DNA of 64,000 bases from an uncultured Gemmatimonadaceae bacterium (GCA_963829055.1 CAWHHI010000008.1:128001-192000), one strand, 5' to 3'; shown: positions 1-9,770, counted from the stretch's first letter. Numbers and translations: made by a program. The notes: generated by a model from the sequence alone, not told the origin.

Positions 1-2
1 AC

Positions 3-347
3 ACGTGGCCGGAGATCGCGAGCGTCGGACTCGCCGAGCACGAAGTGAAGGAGAGCGGCCGCGCGTATAAGGTCGGGAAGTTTCCCTTCTCAGCGAACGG
101 CCGTGCCCGGACCATGGGTGAGACGAGTGGCTTCGTGAAGTTCATCGCCGACGCGACGACGGACGAACTACTCGGCGCGCATCTCATCGGGCCTAACGTT
201 TCCGAACTGTGCGCGGAGGTCGTGCTCGCGTTCGAATACCGCGGGTCGTCCGAGGACATCGGCATCACGGTGCACTCGCACCCCACGCTCTCCGAGGCCG
301 TGAAGGAAGCAGCGTTAGGCGTCCTCGGCCGCCCGATTCACCTGTAG
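3..347 (+). CDS. lpdA: Dihydrolipoamide dehydrogenase, C-terminal part (5' end lies outside the window)
   Basis: The open frame from base 3 reads TWPEIASVGL...FPFSANGRA...HSHPTLSEAVKEAA, the dimerisation domain with the HPTLSE active-site motif. Confidence 0.95.
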   Translation, partial: TWPEIASVGLAEHEVKESGRAYKVGKFPFSANGRARTMGETSGFVKFIADATTDELLGAHLIGPNVSELCAEVVLAFEYRGSSEDIGITVHSHPTLSEAVKEAALGVLGRPIHL

Positions 348-367
348 ACGCTGCGGGCTCGCGAGGC

Positions 368-1084
368 ATGCCACGGTTCCGGACGGTGATCTTCGATTGC
401 GATTCCACGCTGTCCGCAATCGAGGGCATCGATGAGTTGGCCGTGCACTGTCGGGAGGACGTGGCGCAGTTGACCGACGCCGCAATGCGCGGGGTGATTC
501 CATTGGAAGAAGTGTACGGACGTCGACTCGACCTCGTGCGTCCGACACGCGCTGCCATCGTTGCCCTGGGACTGCAGTACGTCGCGCGGCTGGTACCCGA
601 CGCGCGGGAGACGGTCGCCGCACTGCGCGCGGCGGGGGTCGACGTTCGCATCGTGTCCGGAGGACTGTTACCAGCCGTTCTCGCGGTCGCCACGGCGCTC
701 GATGTGCCCGCGAGCCGGGTGGACGCGGTGGACATCTCCTTCGCCGACGATGGCTCATACGCCGGGTTCGACGACGCCTCTCCCCTTGCGACTGCCGGGG
801 GCAAGCGCATCGCAATCGAGCGCTGGAACATCGATCGCCCGGCGATGATGGTCGGCGATGGCATCACCGACCTCGAGGCGCGCCCTGCGGTCGACATGTT
901 TGTCGCCTTCGCCGGGGTAGTGGACCGCCCCGCCGTCGTCGCAGTCGCTGATGTCGTCGTTCGCGCGAACTCCCTGGCACCGCTCCTTCCACTCGCGCTG
1001 GACGTGGACGAGCTTGTTCAAGCACCTCATCGCTCTCTATACGCGCGTGGCCAAGCGCTGAGCGCTTCGGCCACGAAGCACTGA
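368..1084 (+). CDS. serB: HAD-family phosphoserine phosphatase
   Basis: FDCDST motif I, VSGG motif II and GDGITD motif IV; lies in an operon with serA. ATG at 368. Confidence 0.8.
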   Translation: MPRFRTVIFDCDSTLSAIEGIDELAVHCREDVAQLTDAAMRGVIPLEEVYGRRLDLVRPTRAAIVALGLQYVARLVPDARETVAALRAAGVDVRIVSGGLLPAVLAVATALDVPASRVDAVDISFADDGSYAGFDDASPLATAGGKRIAIERWNIDRPAMMVGDGITDLEARPAVDMFVAFAGVVDRPAVVAVADVVVRANSLAPLLPLALDVDELVQAPHRSLYARGQALSASATKH

Positions 1085-1107
1085 CCCCCGAGATCTCGCC
1101 GCCACAT

Positions 1108-2238
1108 ATGACGGTACAACAAACCACCGCCCCTGGCTCATCGAACACCCAACGTGCGTTCGGGCGCTTCTTCTTGCCCGGACCGACGGAGGTTCGTCCC
1201 GGCATCCTGGAGGCGATGACGCAACCGATGATCGGCCATCGCGGCAAAGGGATGGAGGATCTGATCGCCCGCATCGAGCCGGATCTTCAGTACGTCTTTC
1301 GAACTACGCGCCCGGTCTACATCGCGAGTTGCTCGGCGACTGGGCTGATGGAAGGCGCCATTCGGAACGGCGTGCGTTCCCGGGTTCTCTCCCTCGTGAA
1401 CGGCGCGTTCAGTGAGCGATTTTTCCAGATCGCACGCGCGTGTGGTGTCGAGGCCGAGGCGTTGTCGGTCCCTCTGGGACAGGCACATACACCGGAGATG
1501 CTCGCCGACGCACTGAAGGGCGGCGGATTCGATGCCGTAACCGTGGTGCATTCGGAGACGTCGACGGGTGCACTGAACCCGATCGCGGACCTGGCGCGTG
1601 TCGCGCACGAGGCCGGCGACGTGACGCTTCTCGTCGACAGCGTCACCGGAATCGCAGGTGCTCCCGTCGAGAGCGACGCCTGGGAGCTCGATTTCGTGCT
1701 CACCGGGTCGCAGAAGGCACTCGCGCTTCCCCCAGGCTTGGCGTTCGCGGTTGCCCGCGACACGGTGCTCGACCGAGCCAAGTCCAAGCGCGATCGCGGC
1801 ATCTATTTCGATCTCATCGAGTTCGACAAGTCGATCCGGAAGAATCAGACGCCTAACACACCGGCCCTGTCGCTGTTCTACGCGCTGGCTGCGCAGCTCG
1901 CGGATATCCGCCAGGAAACCATCGAGGCTCGTTGGGAACGGCACGCGGCCATGGCACGTCGCACGTGGACGTGGGTGGACGAGATGCGCGACTCCGGCGT
2001 TGGCATTTCCGTTCTGTCGCCGGAAGGATTTCGCTCGCCCACCGTCACGTGCGTCGCGCTTCCGCCGACTCACAACGGCGACGCGGTCAACAAGGCAATG
2101 AAGGCCCGCGGCTTCACGATTTCCGCCGGATATGGCACGCTCAAGGACACATCGATCCGAATCGGCCACATGGGCGATCATACCGTCGCGGAGCTGGACG
2201 TCCTGCTCGAGACACTTCGTGAGGTGCTCGTCGCATGA
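1108..2238 (+). CDS. Class V PLP aminotransferase (AGT/SPT family), probable phosphoserine aminotransferase function
   Basis: PGPT, VHSETSTG, DSVT and GSQKAL (PLP Lys) and RIGHMG motifs; sits between serB and serA. Confidence 0.9.
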   Translation: MTVQQTTAPGSSNTQRAFGRFFLPGPTEVRPGILEAMTQPMIGHRGKGMEDLIARIEPDLQYVFRTTRPVYIASCSATGLMEGAIRNGVRSRVLSLVNGAFSERFFQIARACGVEAEALSVPLGQAHTPEMLADALKGGGFDAVTVVHSETSTGALNPIADLARVAHEAGDVTLLVDSVTGIAGAPVESDAWELDFVLTGSQKALALPPGLAFAVARDTVLDRAKSKRDRGIYFDLIEFDKSIRKNQTPNTPALSLFYALAAQLADIRQETIEARWERHAAMARRTWTWVDEMRDSGVGISVLSPEGFRSPTVTCVALPPTHNGDAVNKAMKARGFTISAGYGTLKDTSIRIGHMGDHTVAELDVLLETLREVLVA

Positions 2239-3839
2239 GCACAAAATTTCGTGTGCTCGTCGCCGATCAGATTGCCCTCGACGGCCTCGCGCCACTTCGC
2301 GATGACTCGCGCTTCGAGCTGATCGTCAAGCCGGGGCTCAAGGGGGCGGACCTCGCTGCCGCGATAGCGGCGGCCGATGCGGTGCTCGTTCGCAGCGCTA
2401 CACAGATCACCCGGGAGTCGCTCGCGCAGGCGAGCGGGCTCAGGGTGATCGGCCGGGCCGGCGTCGGTGTCGACACGATCGACGTCGACGCCGCGACGGA
2501 GCGTGGCATCGCCGTCCTGACGGCGCCCGCTGGGAACACGATCTCGGCGGCCGAGCTGACGTTTGCGCTCACTCTCGCGGTGGCTCGACGCGTCCCGGCG
2601 GCCGACCGCTCCATGAAGGCAGGACAGTGGGACCGTAAAAGCTTCAGTGGCACGGAGCTGTACGGGAAAACGTTAGGCCTCGTGGGCGCCGGCCGCATTG
2701 GTGGTGAGGTCGCGAAGCGCGCGCGGGCGTTCGGCATGCAGGTCGTGGCCTACGATCCGTTTCTCATTGCGGAGCGGGCACTGACGTTAGGTATCGAGCG
2801 TGTCGAGCTGGAAGAGGTGCTTCGTCGAGCCGATTTCGTCTCGCTCCACGTCCCGCTCACGGATGCGACCACCGGCCTCCTCGGCGACCGCGAGATCGCG
2901 CTCATGAAGCCGACGGCCGTCATCGTCAACGCTGCGCGCGGCGGTGTGGTGAACGAGATGGCGCTCGTTCGCGCACTGCAGGAAAAGCGACTCGGCGGCG
3001 CTGCGCTCGACGTCTTCGAGCAGGAGCCGCTGCCGGCCGACCACCCGCTTCGGTCGCTCGACAACGTGATCCTTACGCCGCACCTCGGAGCGTCGACGGC
3101 CGAAGCGCAGCAGAACGTCGCGATCGAGATCGCCGAAGCCGTGCGTGCGGCGCTCATAGACGGTGATCTGTCGCGGGCCGTCAACGCTCCTGGGCTCGGG
3201 GGGGACGAAATGCGACGTCTCCGGCCACTGCTCGGGCTGGCGGAGCGCCTCGGCACGCTCGCTTCCGCCCTCGCCGAAGGTGGGCTGGTGCGCGTCGAAG
3301 TTCGTTACTCGGGAGCCGCCGCAAACGGGCTCCGTCTGCTTACCGCGACGGCACTCTGCGGAGCCATGGCGCGAATCGTCGGCTCGAGTGCGGTAAACAC
3401 CGTGAACGCACTTCACGTCGCAACGGCTCACGGCATCCGCGTCGACCAGATCCAGTTGGACTCACGCGGCGCGTTCGCCGAGCAGATAGAGATACGGGCG
3501 ACGACCGATGCCGGAGACACGCGCGTTATCGGCGCCTTGCTAGGCGATGCGCATCCGCGAATTACCGGCATCGACGATTTCAGAGTCGACATGGCTCCGC
3601 ACGGGACGCTGCTTATCCTGCGGAACCAGGACGTGCCTGGCGTCATCGGCCGCGTTGGAACTTTGCTGGGCGACGCCGGCATCAACATCGCGGGGTACCA
3701 TCAGTCGCGCGTAGACGCCGGCGGTGATGCGCTCGCCGTGGTCAACGTGGACGGCCGACTCGACTCGGCGGTGCTCGAGACGTTAGGCAGCCTGCCGGAA
3801 ATCCACTACGTCCGGCAGGTCCAGCTGGGCCGCGCGTAG
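2235..3839 (+). CDS. serA: D-3-phosphoglycerate dehydrogenase (type I, with ASB and ACT domains)
   Basis: RAGVGVD, GAGRIG, NAARGG and TPHLGAST motifs; C-terminal ACT domain (NQDVPGVIG...INIA). Confidence 0.95.
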   Translation: MSTKFRVLVADQIALDGLAPLRDDSRFELIVKPGLKGADLAAAIAAADAVLVRSATQITRESLAQASGLRVIGRAGVGVDTIDVDAATERGIAVLTAPAGNTISAAELTFALTLAVARRVPAADRSMKAGQWDRKSFSGTELYGKTLGLVGAGRIGGEVAKRARAFGMQVVAYDPFLIAERALTLGIERVELEEVLRRADFVSLHVPLTDATTGLLGDREIALMKPTAVIVNAARGGVVNEMALVRALQEKRLGGAALDVFEQEPLPADHPLRSLDNVILTPHLGASTAEAQQNVAIEIAEAVRAALIDGDLSRAVNAPGLGGDEMRRLRPLLGLAERLGTLASALAEGGLVRVEVRYSGAAANGLRLLTATALCGAMARIVGSSAVNTVNALHVATAHGIRVDQIQLDSRGAFAEQIEIRATTDAGDTRVIGALLGDAHPRITGIDDFRVDMAPHGTLLILRNQDVPGVIGRVGTLLGDAGINIAGYHQSRVDAGGDALAVVNVDGRLDSAVLETLGSLPEIHYVRQVQLGRA

Positions 3840-3869
3840 GTCCGTCCCAGATAATCCAGCGTTATTGCA

Positions 3870-4371
3870 ATGCGCCACCGGTCCAATGCCGAGCATGTGT
3901 CGCTTCGGTCGGTGGTCTCTGCAGATCGGGAGACTCTCGAGCGGCTCGTCGCGCAGATCTGCGCGACGAGCCGCTTCGCAGAAGTCGCGACGTACGCGCT
4001 CCGCATGGCGCTCGAGCGGCGAGGCGAACGAATCGCAAGCGATTGTGGCGGAGCGCGCCGGTACTGTCGTCGGGTTCGGCCTGTTTGGTCAGGTCGCAGG
4101 CACGATTGGCACCGCTCGAATCCACTTCATGGCCGTTGCGCTGGATGAAAGATCGCGCGGCATTGGAAGCGCGATCTGCGAAGCTGCGCTCGCGCGGCTG
4201 GCGGAACAGGGAGCGCGCAACGTGGTCGCAGAGCTGCCTGACGAGACTGCGTTCGTGAGTGGGCGGGCGCTGCTGGAGCGCTGGGGCTTCGCTCCAGTGG
4301 CTCGCGTCGCCGATTATTACAGCGACGGCGTAGACATGCTGATATTCGAACGCGTAGCCGCCGGTACGTGA
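3870..4371 (+). CDS. GNAT acetyltransferase (RimI-like), frameshift near 4015
   Basis: N-terminus in the 3870 frame (VSLRSVVSADRETL); C-terminus in the 3865 frame with RSRGIGS (acetyl-CoA motif A) and GF...DYY. Confidence 0.75.
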
Positions 4372-4412
4372 AACCGACGGAGGAAGTCGATGCTCTCCCC
4401 CGTCGGTTTTTT
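4371..4412. terminator. Bidirectional intrinsic terminator between convergent genes
   Basis: AAACCGACGGAGGA...CTCCCCCGTCGGTTTTTT hairpin flanked by A and T runs. Confidence 0.75.
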
Positions 4413-4437
4413 CAGCTACCAGTCGGTCTCGCCGAGT

Positions 4438-5190
4438 TCAGCCTCGACGACATGACCACGCGCGGCGTTGCTCCGTCGTGAGCAGCGCGAGGATGTCGGC
4501 CTGCAACTTTCGTTCGGCGTTGGCGACACGGCGTTGTGGCTCGATGGCGCGAGCGAGAATCGTCGCTACTTCGTCGCGCGACTTCCCCGCCTCCCTCGCC
4601 TGCTTCGCCTCGGTCGCAATGGACCGAATGAGCTCGAGGTCCGACTTCACGCTGGTGTAGAACTGGTCCTCCAGCGCCCGGATCTGCTTCACCTGATCGT
4701 CGGTCAGCTTCGCCGCGGTCGCGCCGCAATCTCTCGGACGATGGGCCTCGATCCATACCCTCTGCTCAGGCGTGTAGACCGCCCAGATGTCGGCTTGCAG
4801 CTTCTTGAACGCCGCGTCGAGCCGGGCGCGAATCGGGTCGCCCTTGGCGAGAATTGCGCGAACGTCGTCGCGAGGCTTCCGCGCCCTGATCGCCGCTTTC
4901 GCTTCGACCTCGATTGCTCGAAGCGCTGCGACGTCTGCCGCGGTCGCGGCCATGAACGCGTCGTGCAGCGCGACGATCGCCGCTTTCTGCTCCACGGTCA
5001 GACGGAGCGCATCCGGCAGCTCGGCGGATCCAATACCGGCGGCATCGACCGAAGCAGCTGGACTCACTGCGTAGTCCGGCACCAGGTCGACTACTTCGGT
5101 CGAGTCACTGGTCGGCGAGACGGGAGTCGATCGATCGCAGGCGGCCAGCACGGCAATTACTCCAGCAACCGCGACGAGACGAGCTCGCAT
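4438..5190 (-). CDS. Spy/CpxP-family (LTXXQ) periplasmic chaperone-like lipoprotein with two tandem domains
   Basis: Lipobox LAAC; four LTxxQ-type motifs (LTVEQ, YTPEQ, LTDDQ, LTTEQ) and internally duplicated helical repeats. Confidence 0.75.
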   Translation of the reverse strand: MRARLVAVAGVIAVLAACDRSTPVSPTSDSTEVVDLVPDYAVSPAASVDAAGIGSAELPDALRLTVEQKAAIVALHDAFMAATAADVAALRAIEVEAKAAIRARKPRDDVRAILAKGDPIRARLDAAFKKLQADIWAVYTPEQRVWIEAHRPRDCGATAAKLTDDQVKQIRALEDQFYTSVKSDLELIRSIATEAKQAREAGKSRDEVATILARAIEPQRRVANAERKLQADILALLTTEQRRAWSCRRG

Positions 5191-5282
5191 GACAACCCCC
5201 TTTCAGCTGAAATTGTTCGTCACACCCACACCCGTTCACAAGGCTGGCATCTTGGCTTGTGGCGTTTGCCGGCGCCAGACCC

Positions 5283-5321
5283 GTCACGTGTGTCAGACGC
5301 CGCGAAGCCAGCCGCGTTAAG
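5283..5321 (-). promoter_or_regulatory. Putative ECF-sigma promoter of the Spy-like gene
   Basis: CTTAAC-N16-CGTCTGACACACGTGAC on the minus strand; nearly identical to the element upstream of the sigma gene. Confidence 0.6.
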
Positions 5322-5332
5322 AGAGTCAAGAG

Positions 5333-5365
5333 AAAGAGGGCCGGTCCAGCGGACCGGCCCTCTTT
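5333..5365. terminator. Intrinsic terminator after the sigma/anti-sigma operon
   Basis: Perfect hairpin AAAGAGGGCCGGTCC-AGC-GGACCGGCCCTCTTT. Confidence 0.8.
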
Positions 5366-5386
5366 GTCGCACACGCGCTCGGCGCG

Positions 5387-5821
5387 TCAGCGAATTCTCA
5401 TGCTATTGCCGATCGCCGCACCAAGGGCAACCAGGCCAGCGGCGGCCGCGAGTGCCACCACCGGCGAAACCTGGATCGACTTCTTCCACCACGGCAGCGC
5501 CAACTGCGGGAGATCGGCGGGCAGCGCGGCCATGATCTGTGCCTTCACATGTGCAGGCGTCACCATATGGCGGCGACGCTCGGATTCTTGTTCGATACGA
5601 CGCCAGAGGTCTACCTGGCGCGCGGCATCCGCGCTCAACGAGGCTGGTTCCGGAGCTTCGCCATCGAGCCAGCTGTTGATCATGTCGGACGTCTCGGACG
5701 TCGCCGTCACACCGAGCGGAACTTCCCGGTCGCTGAGCGGCTGCACTTGCTCCGAGGCTCGGCGAGGCCGCTCGCGCCGAGCGTCGCCGCTGCCGTCGCG
5801 TGCGTTCAAGTTGTCTTGCAT
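5387..5821 (-). CDS. Putative membrane-anchored anti-sigma factor
   Basis: Overlaps the sigma stop codon (TAATG). INSWLDGE resembles the anti-sigma domain (without Zn ligands), followed by a single C-terminal TM helix. Confidence 0.65.
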   Translation of the reverse strand: MQDNLNARDGSGDARRERPRRASEQVQPLSDREVPLGVTATSETSDMINSWLDGEAPEPASLSADAARQVDLWRRIEQESERRRHMVTPAHVKAQIMAALPADLPQLALPWWKKSIQVSPVVALAAAAGLVALGAAIGNSMRIR

Positions 5822-6474
5822 TATGCGTATTTCTCCTCTAGAAGAGCCTGGAGCGCCTCACGAGCGCGGTGGACGCGCATCTTCAGGGCTCCGACGGTGG
5901 TACCCAATAAATCGGCCATCTCCTCGTACGAACGCCCCTCGACGTGTTTCATCACGAACGCCTCTCGCAACGATGGCGCGAGTGTCATGAGAGCTCTGTC
6001 GAGATCCGAGCGTAGCTCGGTCCGGTCCAACTCCTCATCGGGAGTCGAGTAGCCGGAGGGCTGATCGTCCTCGTCGTAGCTCAGGTGCGTGCGCCGAATG
6101 TTCTTCAGCCAATCCTTGCACCCGTTCGCTACGATTCGGAACACCCAGGCATCGAAGCGTCCGCGCACCTCTGCGAGGTGTTGGTACGCCTTAATGAAGG
6201 ACATTTGGAGAATGTCCTCCGCAACATCTGGGCTGCCGGTCATTCCCAACGCATGGCGGTACAGTGGGTCGCTGTACCGATTGATGAGGATCGTGAACGC
6301 ATCCCGATTGCCCGCGAGGACCCTCGAAATGATGTCCTGATCTACTTCCAATGGGTCGGTCGGAGAGGCCGGCACCGTCGTCTTCACGGCGCTAGTGTAA
6401 CCCGATTCGCGCGCCGTCGATAGGGCTGGTGGGGCGCGCCTCGCCGCCGGTCTGGCAGTTGTGTTGTTAGTCAC
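5821..6474 (-). CDS. ECF RNA polymerase sigma factor (start may be further downstream, ~6387)
   Basis: Region 2 (AEDILQMSFIKAY...FDAWVFRIVANGCKDW) and region 4 (SYEEMADLLGTTVGALKMRVHRAR). Confidence 0.92.
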   Translation of the reverse strand: MTNNTTARPAARRAPPALSTARESGYTSAVKTTVPASPTDPLEVDQDIISRVLAGNRDAFTILINRYSDPLYRHALGMTGSPDVAEDILQMSFIKAYQHLAEVRGRFDAWVFRIVANGCKDWLKNIRRTHLSYDEDDQPSGYSTPDEELDRTELRSDLDRALMTLAPSLREAFVMKHVEGRSYEEMADLLGTTVGALKMRVHRAREALQALLEEKYA

Positions 6475-6508
6475 GTGGGTCTGACGAATGGGCGAAAATT
6501 CCGTAACA
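6470..6508 (-). promoter_or_regulatory. Putative autoregulatory ECF promoter
   Basis: TGTTAC-N16-CGTCAGACCCACGTGAC on the minus strand. Confidence 0.6.
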
Positions 6509-6569
6509 GCGCAACCGGCGACGTTGCCCTGCGGTGCCCGTCCGAACCCCGGAATTACATGGAGCGATG

Positions 6570-7653
6570 CTACCGAAGCCGCGCGTAGTAGAGCAGCTCC
6601 GTGACCTCGTCGCCCTTGTATCGGCGCCCCTCTCGATCACTGTCTGCGCGGTATCGTTTGTAGCGCAGCGTGGACCGTCGCACGCGACCATCCAGCGATG
6701 CGTCGCGAAGTATCGCGCGAAACTCGCGATCTTCGATCACACCCTCGCTGTTGTAGCTGACGAGAACGTGCCGCGCGCCGGTCGCGGCGAGTAGATCCCG
6801 CAGCGCACCAGGCGCGTGCCGGCGCGAGCACCATGCGCTCCGCTGTTGCCGGTCGGCGATGAGTCCGGTCTTCCCTCTCAGCTCAACGGTGGCGTCGAAC
6901 CACCCACGCGCGATGAGCTCCGGCACGTGGTAGTAACCGGCGTACTGTCGGTTGTTGTACGGCGGATCGACGTACAGCAAATCGATTGGGCCAAGAGCGG
7001 CGGCGACTGCGATCGCATCCGCCTGATGCGCAACCGATCGCGCCCGTGACGGCACCGGCAGCTCCGGCGTAATACTGAACGGCCGCAGCGCGTTCGGCTG
7101 CCATTTCTTGATGTAGGCAGCGTAGACGCCAGCGGTGTTCGCGACGCGATCCGCCCCTTCGATGATCGCCGCCAGCAGGACGTAAAACGTGTCGTCGCTC
7201 GACCATCCCCGCAGCGTGCCACTCATGCAGCGTGCTTCGAGCGGCGTCAATGCGGCGCGCATTTTCGTCCGTGAAATACATCCGACCGCCGACGGGCGCG
7301 AAATGGCGCGCGAAGAATCCCTCCTCGGGTCGAACAGCGGTCGTGAGATACTCGGCAACGGCGGCAACTCGTCCACCCGCGCGGCCGGCGAAAGCGGCGC
7401 GAACGACTGAATCGACCTTGGCCAGGCTCCTGAAGCTGTCTACCCGTGAAGCAACAACGTACGCGCGTTGCATGACGTACGAGTACGTCATGAGATCGCT
7501 GGAGTGCACTCGCCAACCGTCGGCCTTGAGTGCTCTGCCGACGGCCGCCGTTCCTGCGAACGCGTCGTGCGCGACTCCCGGCGTGATACCAAGCCGGGCG
7601 ATGGCGGTTCGGAGAAACGGGAGAAGCTTGGTCTTATTGCCGATGTAGCGCAT
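6570..7653 (-). CDS. DNA N6-adenine methyltransferase (D12 class, FokI/NlaIII-like), frameshift near 7200
   Basis: MRYIGNK start, DAFAGT SAM-binding motif, RVANTAGVYAAY, catalytic DPPY and VSYNSEG; two overlapping frames are joined by one extra base. Confidence 0.88.
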
Positions 7654-7796
7654 CGCTCGACGTGTTCCACACCCGTTTCGGCGGCACGGTCGCCTGCTCA
7701 CGAACGCAGTTTGACGTCCTCTGTTCGCGCATCGTCTGTGGACAGACTGAGTGATTCGCCATAAAGTCGAGCTGGCTTATCGACGGAGAAACTTCG

Positions 7797-8012
7797 GTGG
7801 GCAATGTCATCGGATCGGCTCTGCAGGATTTTGCCGCAATGCTGCACGACGCCATCACGCGACCGGGCCCGTGGAGTGCCGTCGCCATCCTGCTTGTCGT
7901 GGTTTTCGTGGCGGGAGCACTTCGAAGTAAGATCACGGCCTCGTGGATATTCATTCCGGTTCTCGCCGTTGCGATCTACCTCTCCGTGTATCGTTGGCTC
8001 CGACTCCGATAG
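7797..8012 (+). CDS. Small membrane protein (2 TM), hypothetical
   Basis: 71-aa ORF with two hydrophobic segments and a basic C-terminus; fills an otherwise empty gap. Confidence 0.5.
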   Translation: MGNVIGSALQDFAAMLHDAITRPGPWSAVAILLVVVFVAGALRSKITASWIFIPVLAVAIYLSVYRWLRLR

Positions 8013-8195
8013 TCGCAGCCAGCAGTAGACGATTTGTATCCCAATAATTGGTATCGCCGCGATCTCCGACTCACTACTTTGCAACAAGCTGAGATGTAGC
8101 GCGCCGCCAACGGTTGTTGCGCGCGGACAGCGTCAAATAGAAGTTAGATCAGAGGTTACCGCTTGATTGAGCCCAACAACCTATCTTCAGTCGAG

Positions 8196-8211
8196 TGGAA
8201 TGCCGAGTGCT
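8196..8211 (+). promoter_or_regulatory. Candidate sigma54 (-24/-12) promoter for the flp gene
   Basis: TGGAATGCCGAGTGCT has correct GG-N10-GC spacing, ~100 bp upstream of the pilin ATG. Confidence 0.4.
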
Positions 8212-8311
8212 CACGAGCTATAAATGGTCGGCCGGCGGCTCCCACCGCGCAGTCGTTGGGCGTACGCCGAATCATGGAGATTGTCACGTCCAACCGAACG
8301 AAGGGGGATCG

Positions 8312-8491
8312 ATGCAACGTGTTCACGCGATTGTGAAAAGATTTGTTCGTGATGACGAAGGTATCGCCGTCACGGAGTATGGACTGCTCGTCGCACTGGT
8401 TGCAGTGCTGCTCATCGGGGTCGTCACTGTCTTCGGCAGCAGCATCAAGAGCTGGTTCGCTGATCGTACGAGCCAGATCACGACGGTGTAG
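8312..8491 (+). CDS. flp: Flp/Fap type IVb pilin
   Basis: RFVRDDEG|IAVTEYGLLVALVAV: prepilin cleavage G, E+5/Y+6 Flp motif and hydrophobic helix; purine-rich RBS (AAGGGGGA). Confidence 0.9.
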   Translation: MQRVHAIVKRFVRDDEGIAVTEYGLLVALVAVLLIGVVTVFGSSIKSWFADRTSQITTV

Positions 8492-8507
8492 CCGCATGCG
8501 CGCTATA

Positions 8508-8546
8508 CGGGGCACCGTCCGGCAGACGGGCGAAGCGGTGCCCCGA
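8508..8546. terminator. Hairpin between convergent flp and CoA-transferase genes
   Basis: CGGGGCACCG...CGGTGCCCCG 10-bp stem. Confidence 0.5.
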
Positions 8547-8556
8547 TAGGGTTTCG

Positions 8557-9687
8557 TCATGCCGTAACGGGCGGGCGTATCGTTAGGTCCGCAAACGCCG
8601 CCCAGCCGTACTGGCGAACCAATGCGCCGTGCTCATCGAGCATCGGAGGCGGGCGGCGCACAGTACCAGGCGCGTTAGGCGCGACACCGGTGATCGGTGA
8701 CGCATCCATCTCGGCGACCGCCTCACGGACCGATCGGACGATTCCCGCCGGCACTCCCGCCGCCGCCAGCGTGGTTAGCCAGTGTGCCGCTGAACGCTCG
8801 AGGACACGGGATCGCATCGACTCCACGATCAGGGCGCGGTTCGCCAATCGGCCAGCGTTCGTCTCCAGGCGCGAATCGGCGGCGAGTTGATCGAGCCCCA
8901 ACGCCCGTGCGCAACTACGCCACTGCGCGTCGCTGCCCACCGCAATCACGATCGATCGATCGGCGGCGTCGAAGAGCTGGTACGGGACGAGGTTCGGATG
9001 TGCGTTGCCCCAGCGTCCGGCGTCGCGACCGCTCACGAGTACGTTCTGCGCCACGTTCACCAGCGCCGCGACCGCGCTACCCGAGAGCGAGATGAATACG
9101 TGTCGCTCTTCGGCTGGCCGGCCACGGCCGCGGGCTGCCAGTCCAGCGAGTATCGCTACCGTGGCATCCTTCCCGGCGATCACGTCCGCGAGCGCTACAC
9201 CAACCTTCATTGGCTGTCCGTCTGGCTCGCCGGTGATGGCCATCCACCCGCTCTCAGCCTGCACGACGAAATCGTATCCGGGCCGGGAACTCGACGGGCC
9301 GAATCCCGTGAGCGTGCACCAGATCAAGTCCGGACGAGACTCCAAGTGCGGCCGAGGATCAAGGCCATGCCGTTCCAACATCCCGGGGCGAAAGTTGTCC
9401 AGCACGGCGTCAGCCTGCGAAATCAGATCGCTGAGCATCTGCACGTCACGGGCGGACGTGAGATCGACTGCCACGCTGAGCTTGTTCCGGTTGACGCTCA
9501 GATAATAGGCGCTCTCGCCACGGTTATCGAACGGAGGTCCCCACCCACGGGTCTCGTCTCCTTCGCCCGCCCGCTCGACCTTGATGACGTCGGCTCCCAA
9601 GTCCCCGAGAGTCATGGCGGCGAGGGGACCGGCCAGAACGCGAGTCAGATCCAGTATTCTAATTCCTGATAGCGGGAGCGTCGTCAT
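8557..9687 (-). CDS. CoA-transferase family III (CaiB/BaiF)
   Basis: LDLTRVLAGP, LGADVIKVE, NRNK, NFRPG, GYDFVVQAESG and the catalytic Asp in ALADV. Confidence 0.93.
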   Translation of the reverse strand: MTTLPLSGIRILDLTRVLAGPLAAMTLGDLGADVIKVERAGEGDETRGWGPPFDNRGESAYYLSVNRNKLSVAVDLTSARDVQMLSDLISQADAVLDNFRPGMLERHGLDPRPHLESRPDLIWCTLTGFGPSSSRPGYDFVVQAESGWMAITGEPDGQPMKVGVALADVIAGKDATVAILAGLAARGRGRPAEERHVFISLSGSAVAALVNVAQNVLVSGRDAGRWGNAHPNLVPYQLFDAADRSIVIAVGSDAQWRSCARALGLDQLAADSRLETNAGRLANRALIVESMRSRVLERSAAHWLTTLAAAGVPAGIVRSVREAVAEMDASPITGVAPNAPGTVRRPPPMLDEHGALVRQYGWAAFADLTIRPPVTA

Positions 9688-9770
9688 TATGGCGTCATAC
9701 GAGCTTGTTGTTGTGTCGTTTGAACATGCGATTACGCCGCCAACTCCGACAGTGACAATGGCTGAGTCAC

